A stretch of 64,000 nucleotides of DNA. Source: Anaerolineae bacterium. GTDB lineage: Bacteria; Chloroflexota; Anaerolineae; S140-20. The position numbers and the translations under genes are program-made. Below, in pieces: positions 42,852-52,448 of this stretch (the first letter of the stretch is position 1; the number at the start of each line of letters is the position of its first letter). The notes under the pieces were generated by a model, which was given only the letters and a program-made list of their open reading frames with translations, had not been told where the DNA came from and did no database searches. The stretch is from contig DAOTXN010000052.1 in the NCBI GenBank assembly GCA_034435435.1, forward strand, positions 42,927 to 106,926, read 5' to 3'.

Positions 42852-44909
42852 ATGGATTGGATTTTCGATTACGCCTTTCTGGCCATCCTTTTTCCCATCT
42901 TGGGGCTACTGATCAACACCTTTCTGGGTCAACGCCTGCGTGAAAAAGGCGTCGGATTGGTGGCGTGCCTCGCCGCCGGTTCGGCGTTTGTCATTTCGGC
43001 CCTGACGCTTTTCGCCTTGATCGAGATGGACGCGCACGGCGGGCGCGCCGTCGAGCGCGTGTTGTACGAGTGGGCCGCCGTCGGAACGTTGCGCATCCCC
43101 ATCGCCCTGCGCCTCGACCCGCTCTCCGTGACCATGATGCTGGTGGTCAGCGGCGTCGGCTCGCTGATTCACATTTACGCCGTGGGCTATATGCACGGCG
43201 ACCCGCGTTTCCAACGCTTTTTCGTCTACTTTAACCTATTCCTGGCCTCCATGCTGGCGCTGGTGATGGCTAACAACTACCTGCTGATGTTCGTGGGCTG
43301 GGAATTGGTGGGGCTGTGCTCGTACCTGCTGATCGGTTTCTGGTTCGAGAAACTCGACAATTCGATAGCCGGGAAAAAGGCCTTTGTCGTCAACCGGGTG
43401 GGCGATTTTGGCTTTATCCTGGGCATTTTCTTGATGACCGTCGCCTTTGGCACACTGGAATTCACCGGCGTGTTCCAAGCGGTCGAGCATGGCCACGCGC
43501 TGCACCTGTGGGGCCTGACCTTCACGATGAAAGAGGTGGTCACCGCCATCACGCTGCTGTTGTTCGTCGGCGCGACGGGCAAGAGCGCCCAGATACCGTT
43601 GTTCGTGTGGCTACCCGACGCCATGGCCGGCCCCACGCCGGTGTCCGCGCTCATCCACGCCGCCACGATGGTCACGGCGGGCATTTATATGATCACCCGC
43701 AGCGCCCCGCTATACGAGCTGGCGACGTTCAGCTCGGACGTGGTCGCGCTCGTCGGCGGGCTGACGGCGCTGCTGGCTGCGAGCATTGCCGTGGCCCAGT
43801 TCGACATCAAGCGCGTGCTGGCCTATAGCACCATCAGCCAATTGGGCTTTATGGTCGCGGCGGTTGGGTTGGGCGGTTACGTGGCCGGGATGTTCCACCT
43901 GGTGACGCACGCCTTTTTCAAGGCGCTACTCTTTCTTGGCTCCGGCTCGGTCATCCACGGCGTTGAGCACGGCATGCACGGGGAGGGAGAGATAGAGAAT
44001 GCAGAAAGCCATTCGCCAGACGGCCCTGATCCGCACGACGCGCAGGATATGCGCAATATGGGTGGGCTGCGCCAGCGGATGAAGTGGACCTTTGCCACCT
44101 ACGCGGTGGGTTGGCTAGCGCTGGCGGGCGTTTTCCCCTTGGCCGGCTTTTGGAGCAAGGACGAAATTCTGGTGGATGCCTGGAACCATAATTTCATCGT
44201 GTGGGCGCTGCTGACGGCGGCGGCCTTTCTCACCGCGTTTTATATGACCCGCCAGATGATCCTGGTCTTTGACGGCGACCCACGCACTCCTGCCGCGTTG
44301 CGCGCTCACGAAAGCGGTGGGCTGATGGTCGCGCCGCTGGTCGCGCTGGCAGGGCTGGCGCTGGTCGGCGGGATGCTCAATCTGCCTGGCGTGCACACAC
44401 TTGGTCATTTCATCGAGCACCACAGCGCCGAATTCAACCTGAATATCGCCATAACCTCGACCGTCGTCGCCTTGCTGGGCATCGTGTGCGCCTGGGCAGT
44501 ATACAGCCGGGGGCGCATTGATGCGCACGCCCCCGACCGGCTGGCGGGGCTGCCGCTCAACCTCTTTCGTCACCTGCACCGCAAGTGGTACTGGGATGAG
44601 TTTTACACCCTGAGCGCCGTGCGACCTTTTTACTGGCTGTCCGATAGATTGGCCTACGTCGTAGACGGGCAATTCTTGCACGACTTTTTGCACGACAATG
44701 TCCTGGCCGAACCGTTCAAGGCCACGGCGCGCTTTCTGGCAAATCCGGTAGACCTGGGCCTGGTAGACGGCGCGGCCAATGGCCTGGCCGCAGCGATTCA
44801 GCGCGGCGCGGGCGAGTTGCGCAAGACGCAAACGGGTTACGTGCGCAACTATGCGCTTTCGATTTTGCTGGGTGTGGCGGCCATTGTGGCCTGGTTTGTG
44901 TTTAGATAG
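42852..44909 (+). CDS. nuoL: NADH-quinone oxidoreductase subunit L
   Basis: 685-aa polytopic antiporter-like subunit. Motifs WELVGLCSYLLIGFW and GKSAQIPLFVWLPDAMAGPTPVSALIHAATMV. Confidence 0.95.
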   Translation: MDWIFDYAFLAILFPILGLLINTFLGQRLREKGVGLVACLAAGSAFVISALTLFALIEMDAHGGRAVERVLYEWAAVGTLRIPIALRLDPLSVTMMLVVSGVGSLIHIYAVGYMHGDPRFQRFFVYFNLFLASMLALVMANNYLLMFVGWELVGLCSYLLIGFWFEKLDNSIAGKKAFVVNRVGDFGFILGIFLMTVAFGTLEFTGVFQAVEHGHALHLWGLTFTMKEVVTAITLLLFVGATGKSAQIPLFVWLPDAMAGPTPVSALIHAATMVTAGIYMITRSAPLYELATFSSDVVALVGGLTALLAASIAVAQFDIKRVLAYSTISQLGFMVAAVGLGGYVAGMFHLVTHAFFKALLFLGSGSVIHGVEHGMHGEGEIENAESHSPDGPDPHDAQDMRNMGGLRQRMKWTFATYAVGWLALAGVFPLAGFWSKDEILVDAWNHNFIVWALLTAAAFLTAFYMTRQMILVFDGDPRTPAALRAHESGGLMVAPLVALAGLALVGGMLNLPGVHTLGHFIEHHSAEFNLNIAITSTVVALLGIVCAWAVYSRGRIDAHAPDRLAGLPLNLFRHLHRKWYWDEFYTLSAVRPFYWLSDRLAYVVDGQFLHDFLHDNVLAEPFKATARFLANPVDLGLVDGAANGLAAAIQRGAGELRKTQTGYVRNYALSILLGVAAIVAWFVFR

Positions 44910-44920
44910 AGGAGACCTGC

Positions 44921-46411
44921 ATGGACTATAACATTCTGGACTTGCCCATCCTATCTCTGGTGACGTTTGCGCCGCTGCTCGGCGCGGCGATCATCCTATT
45001 TCTGAAAAGAGAGCGCCACGAACCCATCAGGTGGGTCGCGTTCGTCACGTCGGCGGCCACGTTCGTGCTATCGCTGGTGGTCGTGTTCAACTTTCAGTCT
45101 GGCCAGAGCCAGGCCCAACTGGTCGAGCGGGCGTTCTGGATCAAGGCGTGGAACATCCGCTACTACCTGGGCGTGGACGGCGTGAGCTTGTGGCTGTTGA
45201 TGCTGACGACGCTCATCAGCCCTATCGCCATCGTCTCCTCTTTCAGCGCCATTCAGGAGCGGGTGAAGGAATATTATGTGTTCATGCTGCTGTTACAGAC
45301 GGCCATGACCGGCGTCTTTTTGGCGCTGGATATGTTCCTGTTTTACGTCTTTTGGGAGTTCACGTTGGTGCCCATGTATTTCCTGATCGGCATCTGGGGC
45401 GGACCACGCCGGGTCTACGCCGCCGTCAAGTTCTTTTTGTACACTATGGCCGGCAGCATCTTGATGCTACTCGCCATCTTGTATTTGGGCCTGCAAGGCG
45501 ACACGTTCGCCATCCCCGACCTGATCGCGCAGAACGCCAAATGGGTCGGCACGGGCGCGGAAATCTGGCTGTTCCTGGCCTTCGCTGCCGCCTTTGCCAT
45601 CAAGGTCCCGTTGTGGCCGTTCCACTCCTGGCTGCCCGACGCTCACGTCGAAGCGCCCACCGCCGGTTCGGTCATCCTGGCCGGCGTGTTGCTCAAGATG
45701 GGCACGTATGGTTTTGTGCGCTTTAACCTGCCGCTGTTCCCGCAGGCCTCGCGCGACGCGGCCCCCTATATTGCCGTGCTGGCTATCATCGGCATCATCT
45801 ACGGGGCCATCGTCAGCTTTGCCCAGACCGACGTGAAAAAGCTGGTGGCCTATTCCAGCGTCAGCCACCTGGGCTTTGTGATGTTGGGCATCTTTTCGCT
45901 GAACGCCCAGGGTTTACAGGGCGGTCTCCTGCAGATGGTCAATCACGGACTGAGCACGGGGGCGCTGTTCTTGCTCGTGGGCGTGCTCTACGAGCGCCGC
46001 CACACCCGCGAGATGGACCAGTTTGGCGGGGTGTGGAAGCTCATGCCGCTGTACGGCACGATCACGCTGATCGTCTCGCTGTCGTCGATGGGCCTGCCCG
46101 GACTGAACGGCTTTGTAGGCGAGTTTGTCATTTTACAGGGCGCCTTCGCCCACAACTGGATCTGGGCCGCCTTTGCCGCCAGCGGGGTCATCCTGGCCGC
46201 GATCTATATTCTGATGATGTTTCAGAAAATCTTTCTGGGTGAAAGCCGCGACTCGGCCAACGCAAAGCTGGCCGGGCAGCCGCTGCGCTGGCACGAGCTG
46301 CTCGCACTGTCGCCGCTGTTGCTGCTTATCTTTTGGATCGGCCTCTACCCCGCGCCATTCTTTGACGCCATGCACGCGGCGGTGAACAACGTTTTGACCG
46401 TGTTGCAGTGA
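44921..46411 (+). CDS. nuoM: NADH-quinone oxidoreductase subunit M
   Basis: Antiporter-like subunit. Motifs FYVFWEFTLVPMYFLIGIWGG and KVPLWPFHSWLPDAHVEAPTAGSVILAGVLLK. Confidence 0.95.
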   Translation: MDYNILDLPILSLVTFAPLLGAAIILFLKRERHEPIRWVAFVTSAATFVLSLVVVFNFQSGQSQAQLVERAFWIKAWNIRYYLGVDGVSLWLLMLTTLISPIAIVSSFSAIQERVKEYYVFMLLLQTAMTGVFLALDMFLFYVFWEFTLVPMYFLIGIWGGPRRVYAAVKFFLYTMAGSILMLLAILYLGLQGDTFAIPDLIAQNAKWVGTGAEIWLFLAFAAAFAIKVPLWPFHSWLPDAHVEAPTAGSVILAGVLLKMGTYGFVRFNLPLFPQASRDAAPYIAVLAIIGIIYGAIVSFAQTDVKKLVAYSSVSHLGFVMLGIFSLNAQGLQGGLLQMVNHGLSTGALFLLVGVLYERRHTREMDQFGGVWKLMPLYGTITLIVSLSSMGLPGLNGFVGEFVILQGAFAHNWIWAAFAASGVILAAIYILMMFQKIFLGESRDSANAKLAGQPLRWHELLALSPLLLLIFWIGLYPAPFFDAMHAAVNNVLTVLQ

Positions 46412-46437
46412 TTCGTCTTTCGCCACAAGGACCGCTT

Positions 46438-47916
46438 ATGCACACATCCATCACCACCGACTTGAGCGCCATCCTGCCCACCCTCATTTTGATGGTGTGG
46501 GGTATGGCGCTGCTGTTGATCGCGCTCGTCGCGCCGCGTGAACGGCGCACGACCCTGCCGGGGCTGGCCCTGGCCGGATTGGCCGCCGCCTTTCTGGCCG
46601 CCGTGTGGCGTTGGGACCGCCCCATAAGCGGGTTTGGGAACGCCGTGGTCCTCGACAACTATGGCCTGTTCCTGACCTTCGTCTTGACCATCGCCGGAGC
46701 TTTGACCGTCTTGCTCTCGTGCCACTATCTGCACGACCGGGGCATTGCGCGCGGCGAATACTATCCACTGCTGCTGTTTAGCCTCAGCGGGATGACGCTG
46801 ATGGCGACGGTGAACGACCTGACCGTGCTGTTCATCGCGCTGGAATTGCTCTCTATTCCCCTGTACGTGCTGGCGGCGATGGCCCGCCCCGACGCCAAGT
46901 CGGAGGAGGCCGGCCTCAAATACTTCCTGCTGGGCGCTTTTACGTCGGCTTTTCTCATCTATGGCATCGCGCTGGTCTATGGCGGCAGCGGCACAACGGC
47001 GCTGCCGCAGCTTCACGAAGGCGCACAGGGCGGTAATCTGGCCCTGACGCTGGCCGGCGCGGGGTTGATTTTGGTCGGCCTGGCCTTCAAAGTGGCCGCC
47101 GCGCCTTTTCATATGTGGACGCCCGACGTGTATGAGGGCGCACCCACGCCCGTCACGGCCTTTATGTCGGTGGGGGCCAAGACGGCCGGCTTTGCCGCCT
47201 TGGGGCGGGTTTTTCTCCTGGCGCTGCCCGCGCTCGGCGACGACTGGGCGCCCGCCGTGGCCGTTCTATCGGCGTTGACGATGATTTTGGGCAACGTGGT
47301 CGCGTTGGTTCAGACCGACATCAAGCGTATGCTGGCCTACTCCAGCATCGCCCACGCCGGATATGTGCTGATGGGCGTGGCCGCCCACAACGAGCGCGGA
47401 CTGGCTGGGATGCTGTTCTACCTGCTGGCCTATACCTTGACCAACCTGGGCGCGTTCGCCGTGCTTACCATGATGGCGCGGGAGGACGAAGACACCAGCT
47501 TTAGGCCCTACGCCGGCCTGGCCAAACGCCAACCATGGGCGGCGGCGGCGATGGCGTTATTTATGTTCTCGCTCACCGGCATCCCCCCCACCGGCGGCTT
47601 TGCGGGCAAATACTATCTCTTTTGGGCCGCCGTCGAAGCAGACCTCACTTGGCTGGCCGTGGTGGGAGTGCTCACCAGCCTGATCTCGGCCTTTTTTTAT
47701 CTGCGTGTCGTAGTGGCAATGTATTTTAACGACCCGGCGGGCCAGGCTCCGGCCTCAGTTTATCCCACCTTGATCACCGCGCTGGCCCTCACCGCCGCAG
47801 CGACCCTGGCCCTCGGACTTTCACCCGGGCCGTTGCTTACCCTGGCTCAAGATTCCGGGTGGCCCAATCTGATGAGCAGCGCCGGAATATTCGCGACGCT
47901 CTTCATCACCCGTTGA
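46438..47916 (+). CDS. nuoN: NADH-quinone oxidoreductase subunit N
   Basis: Antiporter-like subunit. Motifs LELLSIPLYVL and KVAAAPFHMWTPDVYEGAPTPVTAFMS. The ATG at 46438 follows AAGGA; an alternative GTG at 46408 overlaps the nuoM stop. Confidence 0.9.
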   Translation: MHTSITTDLSAILPTLILMVWGMALLLIALVAPRERRTTLPGLALAGLAAAFLAAVWRWDRPISGFGNAVVLDNYGLFLTFVLTIAGALTVLLSCHYLHDRGIARGEYYPLLLFSLSGMTLMATVNDLTVLFIALELLSIPLYVLAAMARPDAKSEEAGLKYFLLGAFTSAFLIYGIALVYGGSGTTALPQLHEGAQGGNLALTLAGAGLILVGLAFKVAAAPFHMWTPDVYEGAPTPVTAFMSVGAKTAGFAALGRVFLLALPALGDDWAPAVAVLSALTMILGNVVALVQTDIKRMLAYSSIAHAGYVLMGVAAHNERGLAGMLFYLLAYTLTNLGAFAVLTMMAREDEDTSFRPYAGLAKRQPWAAAAMALFMFSLTGIPPTGGFAGKYYLFWAAVEADLTWLAVVGVLTSLISAFFYLRVVVAMYFNDPAGQAPASVYPTLITALALTAAATLALGLSPGPLLTLAQDSGWPNLMSSAGIFATLFITR

Positions 47917-47988
47917 CAAAAACCAGTCCTTGAGTTATAAACGGCTCTCAAGATGGTTCTGTGATTTTACCTCTGCGCGGGAGGCCTT

Positions 47989-48483
47989 ATGTTTGAACAG
48001 AAAACGATTCCTCGTTGGCTTATTCTGTCCCTGCTTCTGGTCATTCTCATCTCGAGCGGCTGTGTACGCGTGGACGTTGTGGATCAGACGGGTAGCTTGC
48101 GCCCCACCGAGCCGCTCCAGCACAACCTGACCGCCCTGGATATTTCCTTCGACCCTCCGCTAGACGAGATCGGCCGCTCCGTCTTGCGGCAAGGGGTGAA
48201 CCTTTACCTCACCGTGGAGAATACCGGCTTGGAAGACGAAGCCAGCGTCCGCGTCCAAGTGACACTGGAAACCGAAGAGCAAAACAATCCCCTGGCGACA
48301 CAAGAATTCGTCATTGCCGCCATCGGCGCAGGAGAGACAAAACAAGCGCACTTTCGCCTAACAGAATTTGTAGATCAATACCCCCACTACGTTCTGCACA
48401 TCGCCGTGGATCCATGCAGTGGGGAAACCTTTCTCGCCGACAATCAGCGCACCTTTGACCTTTACGTTTCACCCATTCGATAA
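47989..48483 (+). CDS. Small lipoprotein with CARDB-like beta-sandwich region
   Basis: Lipobox LVILISSGC. The pattern LYLTVENTGLEDEASVRVQVTLE is typical of CARDB-like domains. Confidence 0.5.
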   Translation: MFEQKTIPRWLILSLLLVILISSGCVRVDVVDQTGSLRPTEPLQHNLTALDISFDPPLDEIGRSVLRQGVNLYLTVENTGLEDEASVRVQVTLETEEQNNPLATQEFVIAAIGAGETKQAHFRLTEFVDQYPHYVLHIAVDPCSGETFLADNQRTFDLYVSPIR

Positions 48484-48501
48484 AGATTCGGGAGCGTCCA
48501 C

Positions 48502-48534
48502 AAAAAAACCGCCGTCCGAAAACTCGGCGGCGGT
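48502..48534 (-). terminator. Rho-independent terminator for the minus-strand zinc-ribbon gene (also a hairpin at the end of the convergent plus-strand gene)
   Basis: The minus strand reads ACCGCCGCCGAGTTTTCGGACGGCGGTTTTTTTG: a 10-bp stem with one bulge, followed by a T7 run. Confidence 0.65.
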
Positions 48535-48556
48535 CAGCAGCAGTTTAACAATCGAA

Positions 48557-48787
48557 CTAATGAGAGCGACAAGTCGCACAAGCGCCCGACGGCGCGCATC
48601 CGGCGCACCCGCCGCCGCTCCCGGCCACGACCTTTCCATCGCTGTGAGCTGCAAAGAGCGAAATCGCCCGGCTGGTGTGCGCCCCGTGGCAATTCTTGCA
48701 CGTGGGAGGCTCATCAGCCTGGCTGCGCGGGCGTAGCATCTCGAATTTGGTCTGGCAGTCGCGGCAATAATACTCGAAAAGCGGCAT
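48557..48787 (-). CDS. FmdB-family zinc-ribbon protein
   Basis: MPLFEYYCRDCQTKFE...CKNCHG is the canonical FmdB CxxC...CxxC N-terminus, with a Gly/Cys-rich tail. SD GAGGTG lies 6 nt upstream. Confidence 0.75.
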   Translation of the reverse strand: MPLFEYYCRDCQTKFEMLRPRSQADEPPTCKNCHGAHTSRAISLFAAHSDGKVVAGSGGGCAGCAPSGACATCRSH

Positions 48788-48879
48788 CCCACTCACCTCA
48801 GTTTCTTACCCGCCAGGCAGGTATGGAAACCTGCCCTACGATTCAACGCCGTGCATTGTATCTCGATTCAACTCGCAGG

Positions 48880-50061
48880 TCAAGAAATTAGATGCGCCTC
48901 GCGGCCCACGCGCGCCATAATCTCTAGCACTTGATCCAATTGCTCGTCGGTATGGGTGGCCATATAGCTGGTGCGCAACAGCGACATACTGGGCGGGACG
49001 CCTGGCGGGATAAAGACGTTGGTGTACACACCTTCATCGTACAAACGCTTCCACACGAGCAACGTGCGCAGGTCGTCTCCGATGATGATGGGGATAATCG
49101 GCGTCTGGCTGGGGCCGACGTTGAAACCCAGCTCACGATAGGCCTGGCGCATCCGATTGCCGATCTCGCTCAGGCGGGCGATGCGGTCCGGCTCTGTCAG
49201 CATAATCTCCAGCGCGGCCAGGGCCGCCGCCGTGTTAGGGGGTGTGAGGGCGGCGCTAAAGATAAACGCCCGGGCGTGGTGCTGGATAAAATGAATGATG
49301 TCGTGGTCGCCGGCGACAAAACCACCCATCGAGGCAAACGACTTGCTAAACGTGCCCATAATCAGATCTACCTGATCGGTGAGGCCAAAGTGAGCACTGG
49401 TCCCCCGTCCACCGGCCACCACACCGATGGCGTGCGCGTCATCCACCATCAGTCGGGCTTGATACCGCCGGCACAAGGCCACGATTTCGGGCAACGGCGC
49501 GATGTCACCCTGCACACTGAACACGCCATCCACGACGACCAGCTTGCCGCTCTGCAATGGCGTCGAGGCCAACACGCGCTCCAGGTCCTCCATATCGCTG
49601 TGCCGGAAACGCTTCATCGCGCCGCGTGCGAGCATACAGCCATCCACGATGCTGGCGTGGTCTTCTTTGTCGGTAATAACATAATCGCCTTTGGTGACCA
49701 GCGCCGAGATGACGCCCAGGTTGACCTGGAAGCCGGTGCTAAAGACCAGCGCATCTTGCTTGCCCACGTACGCAGCCAGGCGACGCTCCAGTTCGCGGTG
49801 CAGCTCCAGCGTGCCGTTCGCCAGGCGCGAACCGGTACAACTGGTGCCAAACTCGTGAATAGCGTCTATGGCGGCCTGCCGGACGCGCGGATGGGTGGTC
49901 AGTCCCAAATAGTTGTTCGCGCCGCACATAATGATGCGGTGATCGCCCACGTATGCCTCGGCGCCTTCCGAGTGAGTCAAGGGGACAAAAAACGGATAAA
50001 TACCCGCTTCCTGCGCGGTACGGGCATCGGTAAACTGATGACACTTGACAAATAAATCCAT
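48880..50061 (-). CDS. PLP-dependent alpha-oxoamine synthase family acyltransferase (serine palmitoyltransferase / Kbl / BioF-like)
   Basis: NNYLGL, HASIVDG and DDAHAIGV blocks, plus the PLP-lysine block GTFSKSFASMGGFVAG. Start taken at the ATG at 50061 (MDLFVK...). Confidence 0.8.
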   Translation of the reverse strand: MDLFVKCHQFTDARTAQEAGIYPFFVPLTHSEGAEAYVGDHRIIMCGANNYLGLTTHPRVRQAAIDAIHEFGTSCTGSRLANGTLELHRELERRLAAYVGKQDALVFSTGFQVNLGVISALVTKGDYVITDKEDHASIVDGCMLARGAMKRFRHSDMEDLERVLASTPLQSGKLVVVDGVFSVQGDIAPLPEIVALCRRYQARLMVDDAHAIGVVAGGRGTSAHFGLTDQVDLIMGTFSKSFASMGGFVAGDHDIIHFIQHHARAFIFSAALTPPNTAAALAALEIMLTEPDRIARLSEIGNRMRQAYRELGFNVGPSQTPIIPIIIGDDLRTLLVWKRLYDEGVYTNVFIPPGVPPSMSLLRTSYMATHTDEQLDQVLEIMARVGREAHLIS

Positions 50062-50231
50062 CGAATCGCTCCCTTTGCAGATAGTATATTGAACAAATCG
50101 GACGGATGGTGCGATCGCCCGATCGGAGGTCATTTTACTGGTCTTTATGAGTTTGGTCAAGAACAGCAATCGGCGGTCGGCCTGAAAGCTGATAGTTGAT
50201 GGCTGATAACTGAAAAGAAAGGAGTCAACCC

Positions 50232-51680
50232 TTGAAGAGCTTTACCGATCGTGCGTTAAATACTGCCGAGTCTCTTGGCGCTACCTACGCCGACATACGC
50301 ATTGTAACCCACACCACCCAGACAGTCGCGGTAAAGAACGGCGTGGTTGAAACGGTAGGTCAGAGCCAGGATCACGGCTTTGGTTTGCGTGTGGTCGCGG
50401 ACGGTGCGTGGGGCTTTGCCTCCAGCGCTCTGTTGACGGCAGAAGAGATCGACCGCGTCACTGCGCTGGCGGTGCGCATCGCCCGGGCCAGCGCGTTGGT
50501 CCAAAGGAACGGTGGAGTGAATCTCGGCCCACGCGTGTCCAATGTCGGAAAATACACCACCCCGGTCGTAATCGAACCCTTTAGCATCCCGCTGGAGCAA
50601 AAAATCGACGTGTTGCTCCAGGCCGACGCTGCCATGCGCCGTGTGCCTGGCGTGCGCATCACGCAAGGCGGCATCGTTTGCGAGCGAGAAAACAAAGTCT
50701 TTGCCAGCAGCGAAGGCAGCTTTGTCGAACAAGTGATCATCGAAACAGGCTGCGGCATCACTGCCACTGCGGTGCAAGGCGGCGAGATCCAAAAACGTTC
50801 TTTTCCCAACGCCTTCGGGCGGCACCAGATGACCCGTGGCTGGGAGTTCGTGGTCGAGATGGACCTGCCCGGCCACGCCGAGCAGGTCGCCAGCGAAGCG
50901 GTCGCCCTGCTCAGCGCCGAGCAGTGCCCCAGCGGCGTGACCACCCTCATTCTGGGCGGCGCCCAGCTTGCGCTGCAAATCCACGAATCGTGCGGCCACC
51001 CCATCGAACTGGACCGGGTGTTCGGGACTGAGGCCGCCTATGCCGGGACGAGTTTTCTCACCCCCGAAAAACTCAACTCTTGGCGCTACGGTTCAGAAAT
51101 CGTCAACCTGACTGCCGACGCCACCCTCCCCGGTGGGTTGGGCACGTTTGGTTTCGACGACGAAGGCGTGCCGGCCCAGCGCGTGCCCATTGTGCGCGAC
51201 GGAATCTTTGTGGGCTATCTCAGCTCACGCGAGACGGCGGCTCAACTGGGCCTGCCGGGCAGCGGCGGCGCAATGCGCGCCTCCGGCTGGAACCGCATCC
51301 CCCTCATTCGGATGACCAACGTGAGCCTGGAACCGGGCGCGTGGACTTTTGAAGACCTGATCGCCGACACCGACGACGGCATCTATATGGAGATGAACCG
51401 CAGTTGGAGCATTGACGACAAACGACTCAACTTTCAATTCGGCGTCGAGCTGGCCTACGAGATCAAAAACGGCAAAATGGGCCGTCTGCTCAAAAACGCC
51501 ACCTATACCGGCATCACGCCCGAATTCTGGGGTTCGTGCGACGCTATCTGTAACGCCGACCACTGGACAGTGTGGGGCACGCCCAACTGCGGCAAAGGCC
51601 AGCCCAGCCAGGTGGCGCATACCGGGCACGGCGCCGCCCCAGCGCGTTTTCGCAACGTGCAGGTGGGGGTGATGAAGTAG
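50232..51680 (+). CDS. tldD: TldD-family metalloprotease
   Basis: Metal-binding block HESCGHPIELDR and a Gly-rich C-terminal region. The TTG start follows AAAGGAG. Confidence 0.85.
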   Translation: MKSFTDRALNTAESLGATYADIRIVTHTTQTVAVKNGVVETVGQSQDHGFGLRVVADGAWGFASSALLTAEEIDRVTALAVRIARASALVQRNGGVNLGPRVSNVGKYTTPVVIEPFSIPLEQKIDVLLQADAAMRRVPGVRITQGGIVCERENKVFASSEGSFVEQVIIETGCGITATAVQGGEIQKRSFPNAFGRHQMTRGWEFVVEMDLPGHAEQVASEAVALLSAEQCPSGVTTLILGGAQLALQIHESCGHPIELDRVFGTEAAYAGTSFLTPEKLNSWRYGSEIVNLTADATLPGGLGTFGFDDEGVPAQRVPIVRDGIFVGYLSSRETAAQLGLPGSGGAMRASGWNRIPLIRMTNVSLEPGAWTFEDLIADTDDGIYMEMNRSWSIDDKRLNFQFGVELAYEIKNGKMGRLLKNATYTGITPEFWGSCDAICNADHWTVWGTPNCGKGQPSQVAHTGHGAAPARFRNVQVGVMK

Positions 51681-51731
51681 ATCGGTAATTGGGAAATTGT
51701 GAAATTGGGAATTGCCAGCAAGGAGTGAAAA

Positions 51732-52448
51732 ATGCCTGAACCATTGTGGAAGATTCGGCAACGTAAAGGACTGAATATTAACCAATTGGCATCCAAGTCG
51801 GGCGTGCCAGCCATCTCGATTCAGGAGTACGAGTCGGGGCGGGCCATTCGCGGGGCCGACTTGCCCAAGCTGGCCAAAGCGTTGTTTGTGGAAGAATGGG
51901 ACATCGAAATCCAGGGCAAACCGCCCGCTAAGAAAAAGCCTGCCACACCCGCCCCAGCGCCCAAGCCTACACCGGCGGCTAAACCGCCAGCAGTCTCACC
52001 GCCCGCTCGCCCCTCTCAGATCGAACACTTGCTCAACCTGACTATAGCGCGCTTTGGCAAAGATCGCGCTGCATTGGAAGCAGAAATCGGCAAGCCGTTG
52101 GAGCAAATGACAAAACTCCAAGCCGGCCAGTTGCTCAACAAATACCAGAAGCTTCTGGCCGAGTCGCAAGAGACCCGCTCACCTGAAGAGAGAGAAGCCA
52201 AACGCAAACGAGCTTACCTGCCCGAAGGAGTGGACGGGTTTGAGCTGCAATACCTCACCGCTCAACAAGAGCAGAACGCGCTGCTTACCTTTACTCTCTT
52301 TGACGGTCAGCAATTCAGCGGACGCATCGTCGGCTTTAGCCCTTACAGCATCACCATCCGCGAAGAGCAAACCCAAGCCGAAGTGACGCTACAGAAATTG
52401 GCCGTGGCCTACTATCGGGCCGCGCGCGCCGAAGGGGGAGAACCGTGA
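51732..52448 (+). CDS. HTH-XRE domain protein with Pro/Ala/Lys-rich linker, helical middle region and C-terminal Hfq-like (Sm-fold) segment
   Basis: HTH: IRQRKGLNINQLASKSGVPAISIQEYESGR. C-terminus LLTFTLFDGQQFSGRIVGFSPYSITIREE..AEVTLQKLAVAYY follows the Hfq pattern V.i.L.nG..l.G.I..fD.f.i.l......v.KHAI. Confidence 0.6.
   Translation: MPEPLWKIRQRKGLNINQLASKSGVPAISIQEYESGRAIRGADLPKLAKALFVEEWDIEIQGKPPAKKKPATPAPAPKPTPAAKPPAVSPPARPSQIEHLLNLTIARFGKDRAALEAEIGKPLEQMTKLQAGQLLNKYQKLLAESQETRSPEEREAKRKRAYLPEGVDGFELQYLTAQQEQNALLTFTLFDGQQFSGRIVGFSPYSITIREEQTQAEVTLQKLAVAYYRAARAEGGEP

Noticed and set aside
50106-50125. GCGATCGC (HIP1-like octamer) and neighbouring CGATCG motifs in the divergent promoter region
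   Set aside because: It is a single occurrence in 64 kb, which is not evidence for a highly iterated palindrome system.
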